A DNA stretch of 64,000 nucleotides from the IMG/VR virus record IMGVR_UViG_3300048033_000643, one strand, 5' to 3'. Under the pieces are notes generated by a model. It was not told the DNA's origin, did no database searches, and saw only the letters and a list, made by a program, of their open reading frames with translations. A program made the translations under genes and the position numbers. Below, piece after piece: positions 38,002-45,305 of the stretch. How positions within the stretch are numbered: position 1 is the stretch's first letter; each line of letters begins with the position of its first letter. This stretch comes from an uncultured virus (IMG/VR IMGVR_UViG_3300048033_000643) (lineage: Duplodnaviria > Heunggongvirae > Uroviricota > Caudoviricetes > Crassvirales).

Positions 38002-38008
38002 AAGTAGA

Positions 38009-38146
38009 TTATTTTAATTTCTTCCACTTATGTATCGTATATCCAATAGATAATACTAGCAATATAATTTTTAATGTTATTTCAAGTTCAGTTAAAGATA
38101 AAGCAAATGCCGTAGTATTAATTGAGTATAGTTTCCAGTCATCCAT
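38009..38146 (-). CDS. 45-aa membrane protein, holin/antiholin-like (MDDWKLYSINTTAFALSLTELEITLKIILLVLSIGYTIHKWKKLK)
   Basis: Translated by hand; TM helix plus basic C-terminus, directly upstream of the endolysin. Confidence 0.65.
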   Translation of the reverse strand: MDDWKLYSINTTAFALSLTELEITLKIILLVLSIGYTIHKWKKLK

Positions 38147-38227
38147 TATTAACGATTTCATAAGTTATTTCTAAGTTTAATAGCGTTGAATTTGTTTGCA
38201 CATATTCAAAGCACGGTACTGTTGTTT

Positions 38228-38761
38228 TTACCATATTGCAAGACAGTTGTTTCTAACAGCTGCATCAGTGCCTGTAGAAAAAATCTGTAAACATTGTACA
38301 GGTAAATATTCTCCTACTTTAAAATTTGAAAACGTTACATCGTTTCCAGATATTGTTTTGACCTTAATATCCACATAAGACTTTGCTAAGTCCATTGTTC
38401 CTTCACTGCTTCCTACATATATCAAGCATCCTTCAGACGAATTGATTCTTTGAGATCCGTGTGGGCCACCTAAGAATACAATGTAGTCTTCAGCTGATGT
38501 AAATATATTAGCGCTAATTGATAATATAGTGCTAGTGTCTATTGCGGTAACAACCGCCGATGTATTGTCGGTTGTATTGTAAACAATATCATTTACTTCA
38601 ACATTACTAAAGTCTGCGCCAACGTCAACTAACTTACTAGAAGTTGCAGCTGTAGTTGATCCAGATAGTTGTGGTAAGTCTGGTGAAGGAATAGGAAGCG
38701 TGTCGCTTGCTATAGGGTTTAATACTAGTCCGGTATTAACGGTTATTTTAGGGTACGCCAT
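38228..38761 (-). CDS. putative virion/decoration protein
   Basis: 177-aa beta-rich ORF ending G.YLPVQ..QI.STGT. Confidence 0.55.
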   Translation of the reverse strand: MAYPKITVNTGLVLNPIASDTLPIPSPDLPQLSGSTTAATSSKLVDVGADFSNVEVNDIVYNTTDNTSAVVTAIDTSTILSISANIFTSAEDYIVFLGGPHGSQRINSSEGCLIYVGSSEGTMDLAKSYVDIKVKTISGNDVTFSNFKVGEYLPVQCLQIFSTGTDAAVRNNCLAIW

Positions 38762-38800
38762 GTTTTTAATTTAGAGGGTTAAAAATTCTCTTTTTTATTC

Positions 38801-38962
38801 TTACTTATTGTCGTATGGAAAAACTCTATTTAGAGTATCCTTACGTTGTTGACAACCGCAGGGTTTTCCAGTAACTGCCGCTACTTTCTCCACAACTGCT
38901 TTAATTCCGGTTGCCGTTGTGATTTTTTCGATCGTGTCTCCTAGACCTTTTGATTTGCTCAT
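38801..38962 (-). CDS. 53-aa CGC-motif protein (MSKSKGLGDTIEKITTATGIK...PCGCQQRKDTLNRVFPY)
   Basis: Translated by hand; a motif I recall from Bacteroidota phages. Confidence 0.75.
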   Translation of the reverse strand: MSKSKGLGDTIEKITTATGIKAVVEKVAAVTGKPCGCQQRKDTLNRVFPYDNK

Positions 38963-38979
38963 GATTTTAATGTATTGAT

Positions 38980-39060
38980 TTAATTTATATGCGATCCGTC
39001 ACAGTTTCCATTAGGATCCTGAGTGTTTCCACATTGACAAGGTTTTGCTTTATTTTTCAT
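38980..39060 (-). CDS. 26-aa CDGSH-motif microprotein (MKNKAKPCQCGNTQDPNGNCDGSHIN)
   Basis: Translated by hand; CxC..T..P...CDGSH; start overlaps the end of the upstream ORF. Confidence 0.7.
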   Translation of the reverse strand: MKNKAKPCQCGNTQDPNGNCDGSHIN

Positions 39061-39205
39061 TGTCTTCTGTTTTGTCTTCTAAAAGGCTTTCAATATATTT
39101 AGCTCTGTCGTCAATTCTTTTTTGTATTTCAGAATTTCTAGAAACATAGTCTACTTGTTGAACGCTTTTCGGTTTTTTAATTACTGTAACTTTTTTCTTT
39201 GCCAT
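39050..39205 (-). CDS. 51-aa hypothetical protein (MAKKKVTVIKKPK...)
   Basis: TAATG-coupled to the upstream ORF. Confidence 0.65.
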   Translation of the reverse strand: MAKKKVTVIKKPKSVQQVDYVSRNSEIQKRIDDRAKYIESLLEDKTEDNEK

Positions 39206-39402
39206 TAACTTAAATGTTTATGAGTTTTCCAACTTGAAGAGTGTCTGTATGACATTCCTGAGTCTCCCCCATAGGCGTGACCAAACTTTTTTTTTGACAT
39301 AGCTTTTGATTCATCTCTACGATCTTTGAAAGATTGAGACTTTTTTCCGTGCTTTGCACCTAAAGACTCATCTAGTCTAGAATTATATCCTTGTTTTTTC
39401 AT
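39205..39402 (-). CDS. small basic protein (QGYNSRLDESLG)
   Basis: ORF track; promoter box TATATTTG at 39421-39428. Confidence 0.7.
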   Translation of the reverse strand: MKKQGYNSRLDESLGAKHGKKSQSFKDRRDESKAMSKKKFGHAYGGDSGMSYRHSSSWKTHKHLS

Positions 39403-39443
39403 AATTGTAATTATTTATAACAAATATAATAAATATTTATTAT

Positions 39444-39698
39444 TTATCTTCTAGACTTAGCGCCAACACATTTCCATCGTTTTCTTGATAGATTGTTTGG
39501 ACTATTTGGATCGTTTCTTTTTTTCTTGGAAAGTCTTCTTTTTATACCTAAACTTCTAGCGCAGTAGCTGTCGCCTTTAGAAGTTCCAGGTCTTACTCTT
39601 GGGCCTCCTCCTTTAGCTTTGCCCGCTTGACCGTAACTTACTCTTTTACCTGTAGAGGTAATTTTAACCTTTGCTTTACCTTTTCTTGGACTTGGCAT
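39444..39698 (-). CDS. small basic protein (GDSYCARS...DPNSPNNLSRKRWKC)
   Basis: SYCARS/RKRWKC motif that I recall from marine phages. Confidence 0.75.
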   Translation of the reverse strand: MPSPRKGKAKVKITSTGKRVSYGQAGKAKGGGPRVRPGTSKGDSYCARSLGIKRRLSKKKRNDPNSPNNLSRKRWKCVGAKSRR

Positions 39699-39901
39699 TA
39701 TTTTAATTTTTTATAAACTGTGTGAACAGTATTTGGATTGTTGCTAAGTGTAGAAGATTTTTTCATTTTATATCCTTTTCTAGACATTACTCTTCTTTTA
39801 AAGTTGCTTTGATTGAGAGGTGTAGACACTATAGTATCTTTTTTAGTGTCAACTTTTAATTTTTTAGCTAAAGCTTTGTATTTTTTTTTTGGATCTGCCA
39901 T
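39698..39901 (-). CDS. small Lys-rich protein
   Basis: ORF track; TAATG coupling at both ends. Confidence 0.65.
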   Translation of the reverse strand: MADPKKKYKALAKKLKVDTKKDTIVSTPLNQSNFKRRVMSRKGYKMKKSSTLSNNPNTVHTVYKKLK

Positions 39902-40278
39902 TATTTTTTCTTAATAACTTTTTTAATTGCAGTTTTAACTTTTGAACCTATTCCTCTAGGACGACCTGCATTGTTTATTAAAGTATTAGGGGATCTACCT
40001 AACCCTTCTCTTTTTCTCATTGTAGAAATTTTCTTATCATATTTTTTTGAAACACTCCTTAATGCAGATCGAGTACCATTCGTGTTTTTTTTCTCTTGAC
40101 GTTTTTCTACTTTCAACGCTCTTTTGCTTAGTTTTTCTGATTTTGCTGTACTTTTATAGCTTTGTCTTGTTTTAGCATTTTTCTTTCTTTTCGCTACATT
40201 AGCATCTTTTCTAGATTTTTTTGCTGCATCTAACCTTTTTCTTCCGGGTGAATTTTTTTTCTTTTTTGGCTCTGGCAT
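39901..40278 (-). CDS. Lys/Arg-rich protein, 125 aa
   Basis: ORF track; coupled to the downstream gene. Confidence 0.65.
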   Translation of the reverse strand: MPEPKKKKNSPGRKRLDAAKKSRKDANVAKRKKNAKTRQSYKSTAKSEKLSKRALKVEKRQEKKNTNGTRSALRSVSKKYDKKISTMRKREGLGRSPNTLINNAGRPRGIGSKVKTAIKKVIKKK

Positions 40279-40283
40279 AATAT

Positions 40284-40344
40284 TTATTTTTTTATTGCTT
40301 TTACTTTACCGTTGTGAGTTTGTATTTTTTTTTGGATCCGGCAT
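40284..40344 (-). pseudogene. frameshifted or remnant mini-gene (MPDPKK / IQTHNGKVKAIKK)
   Basis: Coupled ATG at 40344; in-frame stop after 12 aa; removing one A from the A9 run gives THNGKVKAIKK ending just before the next gene. Confidence 0.4.
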
Positions 40345-40454
40345 TACTTTTTCTTTTTTCTTACGCAGTTAGGAACTTTCTTGCCGTTTTTAGTTTTCAT
40401 TCCGTATGCAATAAATCCTTTCCAGCATGGGTTTTTCATTTTTTTCTTTGCCAT
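40344..40454 (-). CDS. 36-aa basic protein (MAKKKMKNPCWKGFIAYGMKTKNGKKVPNCVRKKKK)
   Basis: Translated by hand; CWKG...K.GK.VPNCV motif that I recall from marine phages. Confidence 0.75.
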   Translation of the reverse strand: MAKKKMKNPCWKGFIAYGMKTKNGKKVPNCVRKKKK

Positions 40455-40459
40455 ATTAA

Positions 40460-40807
40460 TTAATTTGAAGTAGCTCTTCGGCGACTTGTTTCTAACATTA
40501 TTACATTAACTCTTTTTTGTATTTCTTCAACCGGAACGTCAATCTTAAAACTGAGTCCAGCTTTCCATTGACCTCTTGGCTTTCCGTTTTTGTCAAGTAA
40601 AATAATTATAGGAACAGAAGTTATTTGAGCTCGTAAAGACGGAGCCTGATCTTCTAAGAGTGCATATTGAATTTTACAATTCTTAACACCTCTCAAATTA
40701 TAATTATTACTTTGATTCCATTTAGCATTAACATGCATCAATGTTAAGTCTTGTGCATTTAAAAAACACATAAAAAAAACAAAAAAAACACATATTAAAT
40801 TTTTCAT
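40460..40807 (-). CDS. secreted thioredoxin-fold-like protein lacking CxxC
   Basis: Signal peptide; LMHVNAKWN and ITSVPIIILLDKNG match the Trx fold pattern including the cis-Pro. Confidence 0.5.
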   Translation of the reverse strand: MKNLICVFFVFFMCFLNAQDLTLMHVNAKWNQSNNYNLRGVKNCKIQYALLEDQAPSLRAQITSVPIIILLDKNGKPRGQWKAGLSFKIDVPVEEIQKRVNVIMLETSRRRATSN

Positions 40808-41112
40808 CTTTTAAATACTTTGTTTTCTAAATCTCTAATAGACTCTTTATTTTCATCAATATCTTCTTTTAACTCTTTAGTAGCGTTGTCAATTTGTATG
40901 ACATTCGAACGAATTAATTCATCTTTTAAATTAAACTCCATCTTCTGAACAAATTCATCGCCACTAAAATTTTCAATTTTATTATGCAGATCTTGCATAT
41001 CTTCTTGTAGTGAAAACCAAGTTCCTGCTAAAGATACTGTTCCAGCCACTATCATTCCGATAGTTTTTAAATCCAGTTGTACGTTAGTGTCTTCACCAAT
41101 TTTTGTTGCCAT
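40804..41112 (-). CDS. membrane-anchored coiled-coil protein (i-spanin-like topology)
   Basis: One N-proximal TM segment followed by a coiled coil. Confidence 0.5.
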   Translation of the reverse strand: MATKIGEDTNVQLDLKTIGMIVAGTVSLAGTWFSLQEDMQDLHNKIENFSGDEFVQKMEFNLKDELIRSNVIQIDNATKELKEDIDENKESIRDLENKVFKR

Positions 41113-41119
41113 CTTGTAT

Positions 41120-41410
41120 CTATTTTTTATTTCCTGTTTTCTTTTTTTTTATTCTTAGTTTTATTCTTGCTATTCTAGCTTCTTGCCTGAAATTTTCTTC
41201 TCTTTTTTCTCTACGAGCAGTTTTTCTTTTATTTGGTTTTCTACTGATTCCTATTCCTGTTAATGTTTGTGTAGATGTGTTAGCTGGAATTGAACCACCT
41301 CTTCTTTTAATTTTTCTTGCAGCTGCTTTAGGAGTTATTTTTCTTTTAACAACTTTCCCACTACTTTTTGTTTTAGTAAGTGTTACTGTACGTTTCTTTT
41401 TTTCTGGCAT
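41120..41410 (-). CDS. Lys/Arg-rich protein (start MPEKKKR)
   Basis: ATG at 41410 after an A-rich leader; the longer start would overlap the upstream ORF. Confidence 0.65.
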   Translation of the reverse strand: MPEKKKRTVTLTKTKSSGKVVKRKITPKAAARKIKRRGGSIPANTSTQTLTGIGISRKPNKRKTARREKREENFRQEARIARIKLRIKKKKTGNKK

Positions 41411-41420
41411 AATATTATTT

Positions 41421-41549
41421 TTATCTGTTTCGGCCTTGGCCTCTATATTTATTTTTATATCCGCTTTGCCCTTTAGAAGCATTTTTAGAATGAACCCCAG
41501 GACGCTTACTTGATTTTGAAATATAATTAGAACTGTTTAAAGTTGCCAT
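41421..41549 (-). CDS. 42-aa basic protein (KRPGVHSK...KYRGQGR)
   Basis: Translated by hand; TAATG coupling. Confidence 0.72.
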   Translation of the reverse strand: MATLNSSNYISKSSKRPGVHSKNASKGQSGYKNKYRGQGRNR

Positions 41550-41653
41550 TAATATTTAGACTTAACTTTCTTTCCAGTTTTTTTTGCATGTTTTTTAGCT
41601 GCTGCTTTTCCTTTTGCTGTATAACTAAAATTTTTCTTTCCTACTTTAGGCAT
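41549..41653 (-). CDS. 34-aa basic protein (MPKVGKKNFSYTAKGKAAAKKHAKKTGKKVKSKY)
   Basis: Translated by hand; coupled to the downstream ORF. Confidence 0.75.
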   Translation of the reverse strand: MPKVGKKNFSYTAKGKAAAKKHAKKTGKKVKSKY

Positions 41654-41656
41654 GAT

Positions 41657-41896
41657 TTATTTATTTTTTATTGTTATTTTTTTCTTTCCAGTTAATAAAT
41701 CTTTTCCATCTTTCAATCCTTTTGAAAAAGTATTACGAGTTTGCTGATAACCCTTAGTAGCTGCTTTAGATACTTTTTCTTTAAACTCTTCTCGTTTTTT
41801 CATTTTACAAGCTTTTATTAGCGATTTTTGCTTAGAGGTTGCTTTACTTAAAGAACCGTCTTTTCCCATTATAGATACTCTACACCTTTCACTCAT
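41657..41896 (-). CDS. small Lys-rich protein
   Basis: ORF track; promoter box TATATTTG at 41919-41926. Confidence 0.65.
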   Translation of the reverse strand: MSERCRVSIMGKDGSLSKATSKQKSLIKACKMKKREEFKEKVSKAATKGYQQTRNTFSKGLKDGKDLLTGKKKITIKNK

Positions 41897-41939
41897 AATT
41901 TTTTATTTACTATTTTTACAAATATACAAATTTATTAAA

Positions 41940-42422
41940 ATGAAATCTAAGGGAGTCTACAAGCGTAAGCCTACAACAAGGCGTACACCAACGCATGATT
42001 ATTTGAAGTATTGGAGAGTTATAAGATACTGGGTAAAAGCTAAATATGGGTTGTCTACTCCAGATTTAGAGATGTTATTGTTTTTATATAGCGAACAGAT
42101 GTTTAATAAAACGCAATTCAAGAGGTTTGAAGAGGTAATGAGCTGGGATATAAAAAGATTTAGCCGTTTATTAAGAGATGATTGGATACATGTATGGAGA
42201 AAACGCCAAGGGAAACAAGCAACACTGTATGAATTAACATATAAAGCTAAAAGAATCGTAACATTAGTCTATAAAAAACTAAATGGTGAAGAAATTGCAG
42301 AAACTGCGCACGCTAATCCGTTATTTCGCAATGACGCTTCGTATATGGACAAGGTGTATCGTAACAGTATTGTCGATATGAATGATTTTATAAAACAACA
42401 ACGACATCTCTCTCAAGAATAA
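41940..42422 (+). CDS. putative winged-helix (MarR-like) DNA-binding protein
   Basis: YGLSTPDLEMLLFLY...SRLLRDDWIHVWR...LYELTYKA pattern. Confidence 0.55.
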   Translation: MKSKGVYKRKPTTRRTPTHDYLKYWRVIRYWVKAKYGLSTPDLEMLLFLYSEQMFNKTQFKRFEEVMSWDIKRFSRLLRDDWIHVWRKRQGKQATLYELTYKAKRIVTLVYKKLNGEEIAETAHANPLFRNDASYMDKVYRNSIVDMNDFIKQQRHLSQE

Positions 42423-42645
42423 TCGTATATGGCACATCGTTGATAAGCATACTGTGTCCAGCGTTTTTATCGTAGTATATTAAGTCGTTTTCATTGATAA
42501 CACTAACGTCACTACCAGTTTTTACAACTTCACCTTTACGATACCTAAATCCTTCTACGTCTGTAGCAGATAATAATAACCCTGATTTAGTTTTATGCTC
42601 TTCTTCTATTGTATTTATAATAATATATTTTCCTATTGGCTTCAT
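42388..42645 (-). CDS. groES: co-chaperonin GroES
   Basis: MKPIGKYII...KTKSGLLL...GEVVKTG...IILERDVVVVL. Confidence 0.88.
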   Translation of the reverse strand: MKPIGKYIIINTIEEEHKTKSGLLLSATDVEGFRYRKGEVVKTGSDVSVINENDLIYYDKNAGHSMLINDVPYTIILERDVVVVL

Positions 42646-42836
42646 TAGTATTGTTGGAGTTTAGGTGTGTGTTTATAGTTTATATTAGGCTTTTGACGAT
42701 CATCAAGATTCCATTTATTTATAAAATGTCCTTCTAAATCAATAATTGTATAGCCTTGTGACGCTAAAATTTTAATAGCGTTTATTTGCTCCTGTGCTTT
42801 GCCAGGTAAAGTGTCAGATTTAAATAGCCCTTGCAT
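42645..42836 (-). CDS. hypothetical protein between groEL and groES
   Basis: 63-aa ORF overlapping the groEL end and coupled to groES. Confidence 0.6.
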   Translation of the reverse strand: MQGLFKSDTLPGKAQEQINAIKILASQGYTIIDLEGHFINKWNLDDRQKPNINYKHTPKLQQY

Positions 42837-44415
42837 GTGTTACTATTGCATTAGTAGATAATATAGTTGTTGCTACACTTACAGCATTTATCAATGCATT
42901 CTTTGTAACTTTTAATGGATCTATTACGCCCATCTTGTACATGTCACCCACAACCTCAGCCTTTACATCGTATCCTACGGTGTTATCGTTAAAATTAATT
43001 AGTTTAATAATTTGTTGTGGATCTTTTCCAGAGTTTATTATAATTTGTTTCAGCGGAACTTGTATTGCATCTACTAATATCTCTAATGCTACCTTCTGAT
43101 TCTCTGTAACAGTATCTTTTTTAAACTTGTCAGTCGCCATATATAAAGCAAGTCCACCTCCACTGACTATGCCTTCTTGTAAGGCGCTGCGCACAGCGCA
43201 TACCGAGTCATCGACTCGGTCAAATTTTTCTTTTTGCTCCACATCACTGTTAGCCCCAACATAAATACAGCCTATTGCCCCGGCTAAACTAGCTATACGC
43301 TCATTGATAAAGTCTTTGTCAGCTTTAAATGCTGTAGCCTCCTGCTGAATCTTAAGCTCATCTATACGCTTAGTAGTCTCTTCACTAACTGTTGCTTGGT
43401 TTTTTATTAAAACACTAGAGTTCTTCCCCACTATTATCTTATCTACATGCCCTAGGTCATCTAAATTTAATAAACCAAGGTCATCACCAGTCTTCTCAGA
43501 ATAATATTTCGCTCCAACCGCAAAGGCTATATCTTGCATTAGCTCATGACTCTTGTATCCAAACTGTGGAGGAATAATATTACACAGCTTTAAGTTATTT
43601 CTAACAACATTAGCAGCTAGTGTGTTTATTACATTGGTTGCACACGGTGCAATTATTAATAATTTCTTGTTTTGTTGTATGATTGGTTTTAATATGTTTT
43701 CTATTTGAAGTATATTACTTATCTCCTGGTCACATACCAGCACCATCACATCCTCAAGTATACACTCATCCTTACGTTGGTTGTTTAAAAATAAGTTAGA
43801 AGTGTATCCACGGTCAATCTTAATCCCGTTAGTCACCTCGGCATACGTCTCATGGTTCATACTCTTCTCAACTGTAACGATCCCGTTAACACCAACCTTG
43901 TTATAAGCCTCAGCTATGATTGATCCAATCTCTTTGTCGTTGTTAGCTGATATAGTCGCTACATCTAGTAGCCTGGACTTAGTGATCTTCTTAGAGTCTT
44001 TTACTAATATCTTAATTAACTCTTTACTGAATTTATTTATATGCTTAATAACCTCAGTGACGTTATGATCTTTAGTTAAATATTTTTGACCAGCGTTTAC
44101 AATAGCCTCGGTCAGAACGATTGCAGTAGTTGTACCATCACCAGCAGACTGAGCCGTACGACTTGCCGCATCCTTCATCATTTGTATTGCCAAGTTCTCA
44201 ATAGGATCATCTAAGAAGATTGAGTTAGCTACAGTTACCCCATCCTTAGTGACAGTTATACCGGCTATGTGATCAGGTGACTCTATTAGAACGGTACGGC
44301 CTCTAGGGCCTAAGGTACTCTTGACTGCTTTGGAAATTTTAGTTATTCCTGAAATAAGTTTTGAGCGACCTTCGTTATCAAACGTTAAGTCTTTTGGGAT
44401 ATATGATTGTTTCAT
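42820..44415 (-). CDS. groEL: chaperonin GroEL
   Basis: TLGPRGRTV, VTKDGVTVA, AGDGTTTA, EGIVSGGG, GVIDPLKVT. Confidence 0.95.
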   Translation of the reverse strand: MKQSYIPKDLTFDNEGRSKLISGITKISKAVKSTLGPRGRTVLIESPDHIAGITVTKDGVTVANSIFLDDPIENLAIQMMKDAASRTAQSAGDGTTTAIVLTEAIVNAGQKYLTKDHNVTEVIKHINKFSKELIKILVKDSKKITKSRLLDVATISANNDKEIGSIIAEAYNKVGVNGIVTVEKSMNHETYAEVTNGIKIDRGYTSNLFLNNQRKDECILEDVMVLVCDQEISNILQIENILKPIIQQNKKLLIIAPCATNVINTLAANVVRNNLKLCNIIPPQFGYKSHELMQDIAFAVGAKYYSEKTGDDLGLLNLDDLGHVDKIIVGKNSSVLIKNQATVSEETTKRIDELKIQQEATAFKADKDFINERIASLAGAIGCIYVGANSDVEQKEKFDRVDDSVCAVRSALQEGIVSGGGLALYMATDKFKKDTVTENQKVALEILVDAIQVPLKQIIINSGKDPQQIIKLINFNDNTVGYDVKAEVVGDMYKMGVIDPLKVTKNALINAVSVATTILSTNAIVTHARAI

Positions 44416-44436
44416 TAAATTGAATTTGATTTAAAA

Positions 44437-44444
44437 CAAATATA
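44437..44444 (-). promoter_or_regulatory. -7 promoter box TATATTTG upstream of groEL
   Basis: TAnnTTTG match. Confidence 0.55.
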
Positions 44445-44465
44445 GTAAATAAATTGATTTTATAA

Positions 44466-44765
44466 TAGTGACGCTTGTGACAGTTTTTATTGTGCATATT
44501 GACTATATAGTTTTTTTTACTTTATACTTTTTTTTACTATAGTATAATAGGTTTTTTTCTGTCACTTCTGTCACTTTTAGTAAATATAGTAGTTAAAGTA
44601 TTGATAATCAAATAATTAATTAGTGACAGTTTTTAAAAATAGTTGTCACAATAGTGACAGTTTTTGTCACAAAGTAAAGTAAACGTTACATGTTTAAAAA
44701 ATAATTTACTATGCACGCATAACATATTTTTATTTTTGGATTTTTAATTATAAAAAGTTGTCACA
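44466..44765. repeat. cluster of about 9 GTGAC(A)/(T)GTCAC iteron-like repeats in both orientations; candidate replication origin
   Basis: Copies near 44468, 44477, 44560, 44569, 44623, 44644, 44654, 44665 and 44759 in AT-rich non-coding DNA. Confidence 0.65.
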
Positions 44766-44792
44766 AAAAAAGAGCTCAATTAAGAGCCCTTT
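44765..44792 (-). terminator. intrinsic terminator
   Basis: Minus strand AAAGGGCTC-TTAATT-GAGCTCTTTTTTT. Confidence 0.65.
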
Positions 44793-44828
44793 CCAAATCA
44801 ACAATCAAAATAGAACGAATCTATACGG

Positions 44829-45029
44829 TTAGTATTTCAACTGATTAAATATTCCTTTGCGATTCTCAGCAACCTGTATACCTTCAGCGATACTATTTAT
44901 TTTTCTATCATTATCAACAGCTCTTTTCATATTAGCTACTCTTTGAATTCCAGTCATTCCATCAGGACGATCATTGATTAGTCTACCATCCTTGATGAAT
45001 AAACCGTCGACGTAATTATCTTTTGACAT
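44829..45029 (-). CDS. hypothetical protein, 66 aa (first gene of the minus-strand arm)
   Basis: ORF with an A-rich leader and a downstream terminator. Confidence 0.65.
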   Translation of the reverse strand: MSKDNYVDGLFIKDGRLINDRPDGMTGIQRVANMKRAVDNDRKINSIAEGIQVAENRKGIFNQLKY

Positions 45030-45196
45030 AAGTTTTTTATTTAGTGTAAATATAGTGAAAATATTTTTGTGTGTTCAGATATATAGAGGTTTTGGGTAAT
45101 ACTACATTATACGCGACATCTCCCCAAAAAGAAAACCAATTTTTTTTTGATCAAGATTAATATTTTTAACTTTTTCTTTCAGATTTTTTAGCTTTT

Positions 45197-45305
45197 CCCC
45201 TGTGCCACCTGTAGCCACACCCCCGCACCCCTACCCGATGCCGTTTAAACGCTCCCCTTCCCCCGTTTCCCGCCCCCGTATACCTTCCCCCGTTGACATT
45301 CCCCC
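45197..45305. other. C-tract-rich block at the strand switch
   Basis: About ten C3-C5 runs within 110 bp of an otherwise AT-rich genome. Confidence 0.7.

Noticed and set aside
359..41513. Numerous short plus-strand ORFs in the structural arm
   Set aside because: They are antisense shadows of long minus-strand genes, without leaders or motifs
44466..44765. CRISPR array or matS sites
   Set aside because: Repeats are only 5-13 bp, irregularly spaced and in both orientations; matS needs GTGAC-N3-GTCAC and the spacing here is 7
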